Positions 1 to 13,403 of a stretch of 64,000 nucleotides of DNA are shown piece by piece (within the stretch, counting starts at the first letter, position 1; every line of letters begins with the position of its first letter). The notes under the pieces were generated by a model, which was given only the letters and a program-made list of their open reading frames with translations, had not been told where the DNA came from and made no database searches. The position numbers and the translations under genes were made by a program. The stretch comes from Felis catus (Eukaryota). The stretch spans positions 76,014,001-76,078,000 of the forward strand of contig NC_058368.1 in assembly GCF_018350175.1 (NCBI RefSeq). The letters are read 5' to 3'.

Positions 1-147
1 GTGATATGAAAATATTTGTCAACATCTGAACAAATTGTAATGGAATATCAAACTCTTGTCTTATGCTAAGACATAATCAGTTCAAGAGGAGACATGTTGA
101 AACCCTCATATTGATCATCCCATATTCCAATACAAATCTGGTTTCAG

Positions 148-278
148 GGTGCCTGGGTGGCTCAGTCGGTTAACTATCTGACTTTTGGTTTCGGCTCAGG
201 TCATGATCTCGTGGTTCCTGAGTTGGAGCCCTGCATCAGGCTCTGTGCTGACAGCACAGAGGCTGCTTGGGATTCTCC

Positions 279-310
<32 letters not shown>

Positions 311-388
311 CCTCCCCTCTGCCCCCATGCACTTGCTCTCTCCCTCTCTCAAACTAAATAAATAAACTTAATTTTTTTTTTTTTAAAT
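148..388 (+). mobile_element. CAN-SINE (SINEC, tRNA-derived)
   Basis: GGGTGCCTGGGTGGCTCAGTCGGTT head, (CT)n, AATAAA/A-T tail; TSD TCTGGTTTCAG at 137-147 and 389-399. Confidence 0.95.
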
Positions 389-497
389 TCTGGTTTCAGT
401 GAAGAAAGTATCCATCTTATCAGATACAGTAAAAACTATGTTAGGTTAAAAAAAAAGGCAGAGGTGTTTACTGAATTTTGTATTATTGAAATGTCAC

Positions 498-888
498 TGT
501 TATAGACTGAATTGTGTCCCACCGAGATTCATAAATTGAAGCCCTAATTCCCAGTGCAATTGTATTTGAAAACAGAGCCTTCAGGGAGGTAATTAAGGTT
601 AAATTAGGTCATAAGAATGGGACCCTAATCCGATAGGACTGGTGTCCTCATAAGCAGGGGCAGCAAAGATCCCTCTGTCCTTCCCACAGGCACAGGGAAA
701 GGCCACATAACAGCATAGTGAGAAGGTGACGGTCTATAGGCCAAGGAGAGACACAGCGCGGGTAGCCAAGCCTGAGGGCATCCTGATCCCAGACTTACAG
801 CCTCCAGAAGTGACAGGAAATAAATTTCTGTCATTTCACCCACCCAGGCTGAGGTATTCTGTTACGGCAGCCCTAGGTGACTAACACA
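498..888 (+). mobile_element. MaLR solo LTR, MLT1B-like
   Basis: TG...CA termini, TGTTATAGACTGAATTGTGTCCC start, GGTAATTAAGGTTAAAT core, perfect 5-bp TSD GTCAC (493-497, 889-893). Confidence 0.9.
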
Positions 889-1020
889 GTCACTGATGAA
901 ATATTTTACCCCTTGGCTAAGGCTGACTAGTCATGTGATTAAGCCCCATGGTCACCCCAGGGCACTCCTTTCCAGGAAGTTAGTTTCACGCCAGTTTCTC
1001 ATTCGTTCAAAAAGATTGGA

Positions 1021-1215
1021 ATAATAGCTCATATTTATTAACGCTTTCCTAGGGTGGACATTTTAACTCAACCCCATAATCCTGAGAGGTAAACACTATT
1101 ATTATCCCCATCTTCCAGATGAGAAAGTTGAAGCACAGAGATGTTACTAACTGGCACGAGGTTGCACAAAACGTAATTAATGGAGCTAACCGGTAAACCT
1201 GGCAGTGTGACGACA
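1021..1215 (-). mobile_element. MIR SINE relic
   Basis: TATTATTATCCCCATCTTCCAGATGAGAAAGTTGAAGCACAGAGA matches the MIR core in antisense. Confidence 0.8.
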
Positions 1216-3529
1216 GAGGTGGTCTTGTTTCGTTTCATTTTATTAACCCAGAAAATTACAGGACCTGTTAATGGGTGCGGATGATCAGAAGACACTGAAC
1301 ATCACTTTTCCAATGCAGAGATCTGAATAGGATTATCTGTGGTTTCTCAGATCGTGGAGTATGATGGGGAGGGGAAGTATGCGCCCCTCTGTCCAGCAAC
1401 ATAGTTGCAGGATGCGTGTCCTCAACAGGCACAAAAACGTAATAAAATCACCAAATCCAGAGACTCACATCTGCTTCGGTGCTAGGAGGGTCTTTCCAGC
1501 ACTTCTGAACAGCCCTCGCCTCTCACTCCTGGAAAGGGGCTCTTAGAGACATGGAAGGACACCCCCCGGCAGCACCTATTTGCAAACAGGTCTGACCTCT
1601 GGTTGTACAGCCCAGCTCTCGATGCAGGACACCCCGTGCTCTTAGAACTTCTTTCTGAATTCATCCTTGTGCCTCCCGGGAGGAAAAGTAGTCCTCATCA
1701 TGCTGAGACAGGAGAGGTATTTTGCCTACCGCAGCACACTTGGTAAGAACCCTATTCTTCAACCAAAGAGGGTGTTTTGCAGATGGTAGGACAATTCAGG
1801 TTCTTCCTCACATTATGGTCCAAATCCTGCTCTGGCTTCCGGGATACTTCGAAGCTACTCTCGCACTATTTCATAACTAGGCATGACCTATACAACGTAG
1901 CTCATAAGGAATCCTGGGGAGATGAACGACAAACCCCTTGAAATATGAATACTTCCACTGGGAATGATGCACTCACCTAAGATTATTTATTGTAGAACAC
2001 TGGAGATGCTTCAGCACCAGATTTCCTCATGTTGGGGAAATCTGGTAAGATCATTAACTAAATACTCATTACTGCTGCAGTGATTTTTAATAAAAAGAGC
2101 TTCTCCTCTGAATGTCAAAACAAAACAGCATCTTCCATATGTGTCAAAATAAAAGAAATAAGATGGGGTGGGGGGAGGGTGTAAATTCCTATGATCACAT
2201 TGGATATTTTCAAACATAAACTCATTTATTAAATAATCACTGCAAATCACTGAAGCTATGATAACAGACCTCAGTTTCCATAACAATATTTTTGCTCACA
2301 GCGCTGAAGCAGTCCTCCCGCACATTTTAATGAAGTATTTGAAAGAGTTGTGGGCATCTAAGCAGAAATCCCACATTCTGCTACCCTGACATGCACTGTT
2401 TATTTTTAATAAAACTCCCGGTACGACAACAGACAAGGTTAACTGGGTAGTTTCCTATTTATAGGACAATCAACACCAGGGTGAATATGGAGACTGTTTT
2501 CTTTCATCTTTAGCACTGATGCAACAAGTCAGCAAAAAGCTTCTGCCCCAGCTCTGTTAGGTGTTCTGAGATCAAAAGCACACAAGAAAACAAATATCAG
2601 ATACTCACAGGGAACATGTTATTTGCCACTTCAGTGAAACTTGCAATCACTCACATTTCACGCTTCTGCTTTAAAATTCTGTTGCTCATTTTCCCTAAAA
2701 ATAGATTCTGAAATCCTGTAGTTCCTTCCCCTACGTGTGGCTGAAATGTCTACTAGCTGTGAGGAGAAACGTTCAAAGCTCTCGGCGTAACGGAGAACAT
2801 GTGGTTCGTTATCATTTCTTTTTAATTTATGGCCCGGGCGCTCTGTGTACATGACAACCAAGAAGCAATTTGAAAATGAAAAGGTAAATTGTTGATGGGG
2901 GTGGCACTAAAGACAGCTAACCATTAACGTGTCTTCATTAAATGCACTGGCTCTCCTTTTTTTCTCTAGGTTGTTTACATCTAAACGAAAGACTCAAGCC
3001 CACGATAAGGTGGGAAAACTGGTCGGACAAATGTTTTTCCACTCAGATTTCCAGAAGTGTCTGCTCAGCTCCTGGATAGAGCAGACCTACCACTCTACCT
3101 TCAATGTGGCCTGCCTAATCCAACCAGGGTCACTCCTCCTCTGAAGAGTCTTGTTTTCCATAAAACCATGGGATTGACCTACAGCATTCAACAGCCAATT
3201 GACATAATGACCCAGATGGACAACCAACCACCAAACCAACCATTCTGAAGGTATGTTTGAGATCACATCCCAAAGTCTGCAATTCATTTCTGGGGAGGGG
3301 GCAGGGATGGCTAACATGATGCAGAGTCAAAATGAGAGAAAAATGAGAGAATGAGAAGAACATGTTGATTATAACCTGCGGTTCAGTTATATTCATATGG
3401 ACACGCCTCGACTGCTCTCAGAAATAGAACGTATCCAGTGAAATTAAGTTATACCAGTACTGGCCTATAAAAAAAGGATTTTTAGCAATACGTTGTAGCT
3501 CCTTGTGTTTGACTTCTGTCATGAAGTTT

Positions 3530-4050
3530 CTATTCAGTTGATGAAGACATAACAATAAATATACACCATACTACGTCAATAGTGACAAGTACATCAAGCC
3601 CCAACAGAGCATGGGGTCCAACTGTATTTAGGATAAGCTGCTTGGGGCGCCTGGGTGGCTCAGTCGGTTGAGCGTCCGACTTCAGCCAGGTCACGATCTC
3701 GCGGTCTGTGAGTTCGAGCCCCGCGTCAGGCTCTGGGCTGATGGCTCAGAGCCTGGAGCCTGCTTCCGATTCTGTGTCTCCCTCTCTCTCTGCCCCTCCC
3801 CCGTTCATGCTCTGTCTCTCTCTGTCTCAAAAATAAATAAACATTAAAAAAAAATTTTTTTTTAAAAATTAAAAAAAAAGGATAAGCTGCTCAAAAATGT
3901 CCTCTCAGATGAGATGATTCTTGAGTAGAAATCTGAATAAAAGAGAAAGAGATTTGATACTGAAAAGAAGAGAATTTCTTCCAGAGAAAACAGTACATGC
4001 AAAGTCCATTGATTGCTCCCTATGTAACAGAAATGACGTATTTTAAGAGA
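3530..4050 (-). mobile_element. L2 relic, interrupted by a SINE
   Basis: Degenerate L2-like tracts (CCTCTCAGATGAGATGATTCTTGAG, TTCCAGAGAAAACAGTACATGCAAAGTCC). Confidence 0.5.
3644..3878 (+). mobile_element. young felid CAN-SINE (SINEC_Fc-like)
   Basis: CpG-rich head with CAGCCAGGTCACGATCTCGCGG; perfect TSD AGGATAAGCTGCT (3630-3642, 3879-3891). Confidence 0.97.
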
Positions 4051-4469
4051 AGGTGGAGACACAAGTCTAATTTGTGGGCAGACATAATTAGAACTCTAAG
4101 ATCCACCAGGGGAATCTTACAGACCATTCTCAGAAAAGGTAGTACCAAAAAGAATTTTATTAAATTTGAGACATAATAGAAGTACTCATACGGGGTAAAG
4201 GAATGTCAGCTTGAGGATGGGATCCCAATTCAGAATAATGAATAATGAAAACTGGGACCAGAAACAAAATTAATTTCAATAGGAACAAATTAATAAGAAG
4301 TGTAAATAACAACTTAAAGCAATTTCATGAAGTTTATTCAATTCTCATAACAACTCTAGGAGGCTGGCATGTACTATTTCACTCTCATTGAAGAAATCGT
4401 GAAAATGAGATTAGACAAAAAACGTACACCAGGCAAAAATGACCCAGGAGACTGGAGATGATACAGATT

Positions 4470-4920
4470 TCTTTGCTTTGAGAAGTGACTCTAACTGGCC
4501 CCAGTGGCCTGTTTATCCAATGGAATCTACCAGAAGTTACTTTCTGGGACTTCCAGGACTAGTCATAAGCCGTTTGGCATCTGCTGCCTTGGAAAATCCC
4601 CACTGAGTGCGCTAAGCTAAGCTGCCATGTAGAATAGCCTGAGTCCGCCATGCTGGAGAGGGCTCATAGAGGTAGAGCAGTTACTAGTCCTAGGTGAGCC
4701 CAACCTTCTGGCGCCCATGCCACACCCTCCAGACAAGCTTATCCACCACTTACGCATCTCTGCGTGGCGTTCCATGAATACACATAGAACAGAAGAGGCA
4801 CGCAGCTGAGTCCTGCCCCATTCCTGACCCACAGGTATAAGATGTGTAATAAAAATCGTTGTTGGTTGTTTAGAGCCACTCTGTTTGGGGGATGGTTTGT
4901 TGAACGATAACATAGAACTG
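4470..4920 (+). mobile_element. old MaLR LTR (MLT1G/H-like)
   Basis: CAGCTGAGTCCTGCCCCATTCCTGACCCACAG, AATAAA, and a TTGTTTAGAGCCACTCTGTTTGGGG 3' end typical of MLT1. Confidence 0.7.
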
Positions 4921-6849
4921 GTTCATCAGTTGAACAGTGGACTCCTTTCCCCTGCTTCTGATACAGACACGCCAAATTAAAAATAAAACATGGAACAATG
5001 TGGTTTGAAGGCTTTAGGAATCACTTCAGATGAGTTGGTCACAAGAAGATAATCCTAGTAGAAAGAAGTTACGAAATAGGGATGTCTGAAGTACAGCATA
5101 GTGTGTCAGTGTAGATTTAGAAACTGAAGAACGAGGCCAAAGAACACAGAGTCACCAAGAAAGAAATCTGTCAATGTTGATGGCACTAACCATGGAGACA
5201 CATATTCCCCTCGTGGGGAATGATTCTGAGGAAGTTTCCCAATGCCAGGGTGAGTCATAAATTGAATTTCCTGTAACTGCTGTAAAATCCTTTAAAGACC
5301 ATTTATTTCATTAGCAGCTTTGAAATCTTAGGTTGGTCTTCAAGACCAATCATTATTAGCAATCGGGTCTTGCTAAACGGCTCTTCAGAGTTCCTTGAAT
5401 GTGATTTTTTGTGAATCAGTGTGCCTGACTCAAGTAAGCTGGAAGATACGGAAAAGGTAAGTAAACATCTTCGAACTCATAAAATTGAAAGGCAGGACTC
5501 CTGAGAAACACAGGGTTCACTATACAGGATTATAACGACGTTGCATTACGGAACCAAATTATTTAGCCAATAATTCATCTAACAGCAAATAAATAATTTT
5601 TCATAAAATAACTCCTATTCATTAAAAGGTCAAAGAGGAGTTATAACATTTCAGCGTCTGGAAAGTCTGGTCTAGTTGTTTGCTTTTGCTTTTTTCAATT
5701 TGGTTGACATCACAGAACATTTCTAGAAGACCATCTCCAGAACATCAGAGGCACAGGGAGAACTTGATGATAAATCAAAGGGGACCCACAAATACGCTTA
5801 ATCCATTTAGGACTGTGAAGTAAAACCCAGGCTAGGAGGAAAGGTAGTTTTCATTATTAAAAAGCGCGAAGGAATTAGAAGTACAGACAGGCATAAGGAA
5901 AAAAGTTATCCACTATCCTATAATGCCCTACCATTTCTTCTGTGCCCAAGACAAAACCCAGGGTGCAGCTCCCTCAGGGCCGCAGATAAGGGTCAGCCAT
6001 GTGTCTGCAGCCATGAGTCAGCTGAGGCATGTCCCCTTTGGAATCCTGCAATGCATATGCCAGGGAGAGCTGCAGGAGGCAGATTCTGTAGGTACTTGAA
6101 GCCCCACCCACTTCATATCACCCCACCCTATTTGGGATCATACCCTTGGCAAGGTGTATAGAGGATTTACCAGGCAATGGAAGGGCACAGTACCCTGTAG
6201 TAAGATAACTGGGTTGAGTACACGCCACAGGAAGACACCAGCTCCCACCCATCATCAGCCGGCAACTGCGTAGAGCTGTTTCTACGACGGCAGCTGTAGA
6301 TTACAGGGACACACTTATTATTTCCCTCAAGCGGCCCCTCTGGACTGTGACTTTGGGAGCCTTCCTATCTCGGCTCTTTAGTACACGTAGTGACAGCTGG
6401 GAAACAGCCTTGGCCATGCTTCACACTCTCTGCCCCTCTGGTCTCAGACAGCGCCTCTGCCGGCTCAGGGCTTTCTGTCTCTAGCCTTTCATTGTCCTCA
6501 GTTTTCATCTGTGTCCAACCCTCCGTCCCTTCAGGCATGACAACCCCTCGCTGTGCGGGCCAGAAACAAATTAACTGGGAATCTATCAAAGACAACGCTA
6601 ATATCTGCCAGATAAATCATTTAAATTGAGCCAGTGATGTGTTCAATAGTTTCAAAACGCAAAGGGGGTTTTTGTTGTGTGTGTTTTTTTATTTTTAATT
6701 GTTGAAACCAGCTTGCATAGGGACAACCCATAGTATAATAGCTTTCTGCTTTTATCTTTGGTATTTAAAAATCCTAGTTTTCTGAGGTAGCAGCTCCTTT
6801 GCTGAATTTTCATATGGTTAATTTCACTTGGATACATTCTATCAAAGTG

Positions 6850-7572
6850 AGATGTCCACATTTTAACTGCCCAGAGTATTAGTCCCTCACGGTCTTCCCA
6901 CATCATCACTGCTGTCCAGTTGGCCAATGAATCCTGCCCAGGCTCTCTCCTGCCTGTCTTCCCCAGTTCCTTGATGACAGGTCACCTTTCACAAAGACCA
7001 CTGAAACTGATGTCACCTTGACGCTCTCTGTTACAATCTACCGGTTCACTAACCGCAGATTTAGCTTCCTAAACCAAAAGGGAATTTGTCACGCCTCCAA
7101 CTAACTTCGACTATCTCCCTTCAGCTCAAAAGCAAAGCCTCGATTTCTCAGCACAAAGGTGGAAAACCTTCAAGGTCTGCTGCTAAGCACTCCTTTTCCA
7201 TTCATCGTTGGCCATTCTTTTCCACACAACAGACTCCGACCACACCAAAGTTCTTCCATTTCCCAAATAATCAGAATAGGTCAAACTCTAATAAACCTCC
7301 ATGGCTGTTGCTCAAGGTATTTCTTTGCTTAGAAAGAATTTCAAGACTCACATTCAAAAGTCTTCCCTGAACCTTTTCCTAGCTCCTCTACGTAAGCATC
7401 ACTCGTGTCCCTACGGCACTCTATTTGCACAACCCCAAGCATGTGCGACATTCTGTTGAAATTATTTCGTTGTGTATCTCCTGTCCTCACAAGACTGCGA
7501 GTACCTTAACAGCACTTAGCATTCTTCATAGTGTAACACAGGAAGCTTCAATACTGTAGGTGCTCAATAAAA
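6850..7572 (+). mobile_element. L2 3' region relic
   Basis: Pyrimidine-rich L2-like body ending in GTAGGTGCTCAATAAA. Confidence 0.6.
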
Positions 7573-7779
7573 ACTCGGTGGTGATGTTTTTTATTTTATT
7601 TTTTTTAAGTTTGATATATTCAATTACTTGTGGGCTTTCTTTCTTTTAATATAACGAACTTGATGACTAGGATTTCAATGCTATTTGTATTGAATGACTC
7701 TGAACCATATCATCTTTATTTATTTTTTAATCTCCTGTGCATAATACAGAACTACACATGTTTACAGTTAACTCTATTA

Positions 7780-8188
7780 TTTTTTAAGTTTATTGCTTTA
7801 TTCAGAGACAGAGAGAGAGAGAATAGTGGAAGGATAGAGAAAGAGGGAGAGAGAGAATCCCAATAAGGCTTTGCAATGACAGTGTGTAGCCTAGTGCTGA
7901 GCTTGAACTCACAAACCTGTGAGATCATGACCTGAGCTGAGATCGAGTCAGATGCTTCTAACTTCGGCTCAGGTCATGATCTCACAGTTTGTGAGTTTGA
8001 GCCCTGCATCGGGCTCTGTGCTGATAGCTCAGAACCCGGACCCTGCTTTGAATTGTGTCTCCCTCTCTCTCTCACCCTCCCCTGCTCGCACTCTGTCTCT
8101 CTCTCTCTCAAAATTAAATGAACATTTAAAAAAACAAAACAAAACGAGTCAGATGCTTAACAGACTGAACCACTCAGCTGGCCATGGC
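7780..8188 (-). mobile_element. CAN-SINE split by a nested SINE
   Basis: Antisense SINE body 7780-7957 resumes at 8145-8188. Confidence 0.9.
7958..8144 (+). mobile_element. 5'-truncated CAN-SINE nested antisense in another SINE
   Basis: TSD CGAGTCAGATGCTT at 7944-7957 and 8145-8158. Confidence 0.9.
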
Positions 8189-8590
8189 GTCAACTCTATT
8201 TTCAAGTGAAAGAATTAGAAAGTTTTTCATTATTATTTTCTAAATTAGATATTAATTTAAAATTTAAAAAAATATATGAAAAACACATTTGTCCGTTAAA
8301 TAGGTACTTCCAAAACAACTTTGAGAATATATTTATCCTCCTAAGAAATTCCAGGAAAATTCATGAATGTTCTTATGAACAAATGATAAACTGATTTCAA
8401 TCTTCTCTGTTTGGAATATCAGATAATGAATATTATTTTCAAGTGAATTTTTCAGAATTTCATGCCAAAATAATTTCTTGCCTCCTGAAAATTAATCTAA
8501 TTATGTTAAAAATTATAATTTTATTTTTCTACTATGAAAGCATGTAATCTAAAATACTATGTGATTGCCATGTTTAAAATGTATTTTCTA

Positions 8591-8758
8591 GTGGTGCCTG
8601 GATGGCTCAGTCAGTTAAGGGTCAAACTGCGGCTCAGGGCATGATCTCATAGTTCATGGGTTCAAGCCCCGCATCAGGCTCTCTGCTGACAGCTCGGAGC
8701 CTGGAGCCTCCTTCAGACTCTGTGTCTCCCTCTCTCTCTCTGCCCCTCCCCCACTCAT

Positions 8759-8805
<47 letters not shown>

Positions 8806-8826
8806 AATAAATAAATTTAAAAAAAT
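8591..8826 (+). mobile_element. CAN-SINE
   Basis: Head, long (CT)n, A tail; TSD AAAATGTA(T/G)TTTCTAG. Confidence 0.95.
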
Positions 8827-8979
8827 AAAATGTAGTTTCTAGGTAGCATGCAGACATATAAAATATTCTTAAAGGTTAACATGTGTTTAAATCAACACAG
8901 TCATAAACAAACAAACAAATAAATAAGGCTGCAAAAATACCAAGGAGATAATAGTTCATTTTCCCTGAAAATTTTAATT

Positions 8980-9194
8980 TTGTTTAAGTTTATTTATTCA
9001 TTTTGAGAGACACAAAGAGTGCAGTCGGGGGAGAGAGAGAGAGAGAGAGAGGAAGACAGAGAGAGAATCCCAGGCGGGCTCCACACTGTCAGCGCGGAGC
9101 CCGATGCAGGGCTCGAACTCACGAACCGTGAGATCATGACCAGAGCTGAAACCAGGAGGCGGGCGCTTAACCGACTGAACCCCCCAGGCACCCT
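8980..9194 (-). mobile_element. CAN-SINE
   Basis: Antisense SINE; AAATTTTAATTTT duplicated on both flanks. Confidence 0.95.
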
Positions 9195-10587
9195 GGCAAA
9201 TTTTAATTTTAGCAACAGCACAAATTATTAATTTTGCGATCTCAATGCACATTTGAGAGGGGGTGGTGGGTTGTTTTTATACATCTCAGGGACTTGCATC
9301 GGAGACCCACTTAACAAAATGCACTCGGCGATCGCGTTATCTGTTTACCAACTTGAAACCTGGGTACACAGTGCCTTGTTTGTATTTTACTTAGGGAAAC
9401 AGTCCTCTAAAAGAAGGCACGTATTTCAGAAAATTCTTTCAATTCCCCTGGCCTTTACCCCAGCCCACCTACAGACATTGCAACAAAGTCAACTTGGCAT
9501 GCAAACTCCATTAGGAGGAAAAATATTCTTCCTGACGTTTATGGGTTTATTTTTTAAGGAGAAATTATAAAACTTTCCAAATATGTAGAAATCCATTAAA
9601 AGTGATGGTGTGCCGGCGTAGGGCTCGCTTTTATGGTCCTACATGTCACGGCTCCACTGGTCTCACCACGTAAACCTTATTTCCAATTAGACAGAGCACC
9701 GCAAGAATCAGGGAACACATAAACATCCTGAACACATACTGAATATGCCACTTCGAATTTGCCACCAGCCTCTTACGATATATCCGTCAAATGCTGCAAG
9801 GACGCAAGCCACGTTGCACTGCAGAGACATTTAGTAATGTTTCACTCAAACTTCAAGTGCTTTAAAAACATCGCACACCCCTAAATGCGGTAGATAAACA
9901 TTTTATCTTTCTACTTTTGATGGCGTATTATTTTCGGCCTTTGATCTGATAGAATTTAAGGTGTGTCGAGATGGATTTTGTCAGAGCCGTCTCGTGAAAA
10001 GCAAGGTTTAGCACCACGGTTCCTGGAGATGCACAGCCCAGACACGGTTTTGGCAAGAGTGGGGACTATACAGCCAGTTTGACTACAGGAAATAAAAGAG
10101 GTGCTATTTAAGGGAAAGAACTTAGGTTAGAATGGAATTACTGCTGTAAAAGATGTTCAACTCACATTGCCATATGGCTCTTTTGGAACAATTCCCACGT
10201 ATATTAGCTATATTCTTGGCACTGGGATTTGTGACATGCTTTTGCCGCTTTGAAGCTCTCTGAAGGTAATGTTGCATTGCCACACCTTCACAGCAAAAAT
10301 CATTGACAATTTCAACAGGAAGATCTGGGTAAAGAGCTCAAGTAACCCACCTTGTTCCTTGGTGTCTGCATCGATAAATACACTAATACAATTTTACATC
10401 ACAATTTGAGATTATGTATTCTATTAATTTATATGGACGGTGAGAGAAAGAGACTTTTCTATTGGGAGAATTTACGTAAAATAAATACGGTATATCCAAT
10501 TTCAGGTGATTTGAAAAAATACGCCTGTGTCATGGAATGCTTCCATGAAACTCCATAAAATTTTTATTTTTATAAATAAAATAACCT

Positions 10588-10790
10588 GGGTGGCACCTGG
10601 GTGGCTCAGTCGGTTAAGCATCCACCTTCGGCTCCGGTCACGATCTCGTGGTTCGTGAGTTTGAGCCCCATGTCAGCGCACAGCCTGTTTGGGAGTTTCT
10701 CTTTCTCCCTCTCTCTCTCTCTGCCCCTCCCCCACTCACGCATGTGCACATGCACACACTCTCTCAAAATAAACTTAAAACTCGTTTTTA
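10588..10790 (+). mobile_element. CAN-SINE with internal deletion
   Basis: GGCACCTGGGTGGCTCAGTCGGTT head, (CT)n, AATAAA. Confidence 0.93.
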
Positions 10791-10851
10791 AATACATCAA
10801 TAAATCGCAAGTGAATTCCATCTCAGACTGCACCCTTCAAAGGCAACATGA

Positions 10852-10960
10852 GTCATTCATTCATTCATTAATTCACTCATTCATTCTATTTGTCATTTAT
10901 TAATTCAATAAATACTGAGCACATATCATGGACCAGGCTCTGTATTTCGATTCTGGGATT
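10852..10960 (-). mobile_element. L2 3' end with (CATT)n tail
   Basis: TCATTCATTCATT...TTCAATAAATACTGAGCAC...CCAGGCTCTGT. Confidence 0.7.
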
Positions 10961-10971
10961 CATGTTAAAAT

Positions 10972-11065
10972 TTCTTCTTAAGTAGGCTGTATGCCCAATT
11001 GGGGCTTAAACTCACGATCCTGAGATCGAGTCACATGCTCTACTGACTGGGCCAGCCAGCCGCCC
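10972..11065 (-). mobile_element. short older carnivore SINE
   Basis: GGGCTTAAACTCACGATCCTGAGATCGAGTCACATGCTCTACTGACTGGGCCAGCCAG; TSD TCATGTTAAA. Confidence 0.85.
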
Positions 11066-11389
11066 TCATGTTAAATTTTATTAAAACAATTTTATATCCA
11101 AGTCTTTTTTCGTTGGATTCTGTTATTGTCACATTTCAGAGACCCAAATACATGGAAATTTAAAAATATGTATGTAGTATATAAAAATATGAAACAATAG
11201 AAGAGGCTGGCTTTTGTAGAGAGACATGGATATAAATTCTCACCCACTCAGTCAATATTTGATAGTGCGGGAAGGTAGGTAATTAGGCCTTCAGAACGTG
11301 AATATAGCCACCTATAAAATCAAGAAACTTCCCAGTAGCATTCTCTATGGAGGTATTTTTATTTTAACTGTGGTTTCAACTCAAAAATA

Positions 11390-13320
11390 GTACTGTATCA
11401 ACTTTTTAAAAAATATATTTATTTTCTGAAGACTAATACACATAAGGCAAGATTTAAAAGGTGCAACACGATAGAATAAATATCAATTCTCGCTGCCTTG
11501 GCTACTATTCCCAAGCACCTGGTTTCCCTCCATATAGACATTTTCCTGAGTATCTCTCCAGAGGTAATCACAAAACTTTACACATAGGTCTGTGCATCTG
11601 GTATACACACATTTTTCTCCACATAAATGGCAATGCACACACTAAAATCATATCGGGAAGGCAACACCATATGGGAAAAGAAGAGCTGCCTTATTCTTTT
11701 TAAGAGATGTCTAATATTTCATTGAACGCATGTCTCTTAATTATTATCCAATCACCTATATTTATATGTGATTACTTCTATTCTGTTAGTAATACAAATA
11801 AGGTTGCAGTTTTCATATTCCTGTCTGATTTTGTACATGTGGGGGCCTATTTGTGGACGACATACTAAATAGTAGAATCAGCAGGTAAGCAGTTATTGTT
11901 AAGTTTTGCTGGCTATTGTCCAAGAGTCCTGCAGAGAGATTATGAATATTTACACTCATGTGTAAGGATCTGTTTCCCTACAACCCGAGCACAGGGTATT
12001 TCACTGAAGGCTTCACTTTTTACCAAACTAATATGTAAGCTACTTTTGCCTTAATTTTCTCGCTTCTCTTAACATGAGAAAGCTTGAGCACCCTTTTACA
12101 GATTTGAAAGACTTCTCTGGAAAGTTTTTGTTCACATCATTTGCTTATGATTCCAGTGAGTTGTTTTTCTGTGGCTAGATTTTTAGAATCTCTTTAATAT
12201 GGTAAAGTATTAAGGAGACAGCCACTTGTTGAGTGCATGTCTCAGTTTTTCCTAGTTGGCACTTTAAGATTTTCTATTTATTTCACTATGGTCATTGTTA
12301 ATTTCATGAGGGCCAATATATATCGATCTTCAACGATTTTCGTGTGTTATATTATACTCAAACTGGCTTTCCTCACCACATCATCACTAAAAACCAAGCT
12401 TTTTATTTGAAGAGAGAGAGGGTGTGTGCAAGCAGGGGAGAGGCAGAGGGAGAAGAGAAAACCTGAGGCAGGCTCCACGCTCAGCACGGAGCCCAACATG
12501 GGGCTCGATCCCACGACCCCGGGATGGTGACCTGAGCCAAAATCAAGAGTTGAACACTTCACTCACTGAGTTACGCAGGTGCCCCTATATTGATACTTTG
12601 ATGTTTGGGGAAAGTATTAGATGTAAGGAGTAAAGTAGAAGCTCATTTTATTTTTTAAAGAGCTATGCAGTATTCCCTTAACCATTTATTAAATAATTTT
12701 TCCTACTCTGTGAAATGCCACATTTAGCTTTTAAGAAATTGCTCTGTGTATTTAATACATATCTAGATTTTATACAGAGATCTCATTTTTCATATATCTA
12801 TGTACTTGAACTTCATTGTTTTACTTATTATATAGCCTTATAAAAATTCAAAACCTATTAAGTTTACTTCAGTGTTATTTACCCTCTATTTTTCATAATT
12901 TTTGAGTTATTTTCCTTTTTCTTTTTTCTCTTAACATCATTGTGAAAATCTTTGTGAACAAGGGCAATTTTATTTCTTCTTATTCCTTATACTTTTTCTT
13001 TTTCCCCCCTTCCCTTATTATATGAGGTAGCACATTATAATGTTGAATATAAAAGGGAGAAACAGAGATCTTCCCTTTTCTTGAACTCAAAGAAAACTTC
13101 CACTCTTTTATAGTTGTGATGCTTACTGTAGATTTTTTTGTATTTCCTCTTTATCTACACAATATAAATTACCTTCTATTTCCTGTTTGGTAAACGTCTT
13201 CTTAAAAAAATCATAAGTGGATAAGGAAATTTTATTAATTTTATTGCATCTGTTAAGGTATGTATAATCGCTATCATTAATATTTTAATGAAATGAAGTA
13301 CAGTGATTAAATTTTGCTTT
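11390..13320 (-). mobile_element. old L1 (L1M-class) 3' UTR and ORF2 remnant
   Basis: T-rich antisense L1 motifs (TACAAATAAGGTTGCAGT; GGCAATTTTATTTCTTCTTATTCC; TGTTGAATATAAAAGGGAGA). Confidence 0.7.
12401..12585 (-). mobile_element. CAN-SINE
   Basis: Antisense SINE ending CAGGTGCCCC. Confidence 0.93.
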
Positions 13321-13403
13321 TGTCTATTTTCTTGTCTTTATTTTGCTTTTATAATTTCTTAAAATGGGTTGTTATGGTGCTTTTATAATTTCTTAAAGTG
13401 GGA

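Noticed and set aside
148..230. tRNA genes (A/B box-like motifs)
   Set aside because: These are tRNA-derived SINE heads followed by the SINE body and tail, not cloverleaf tRNAs.
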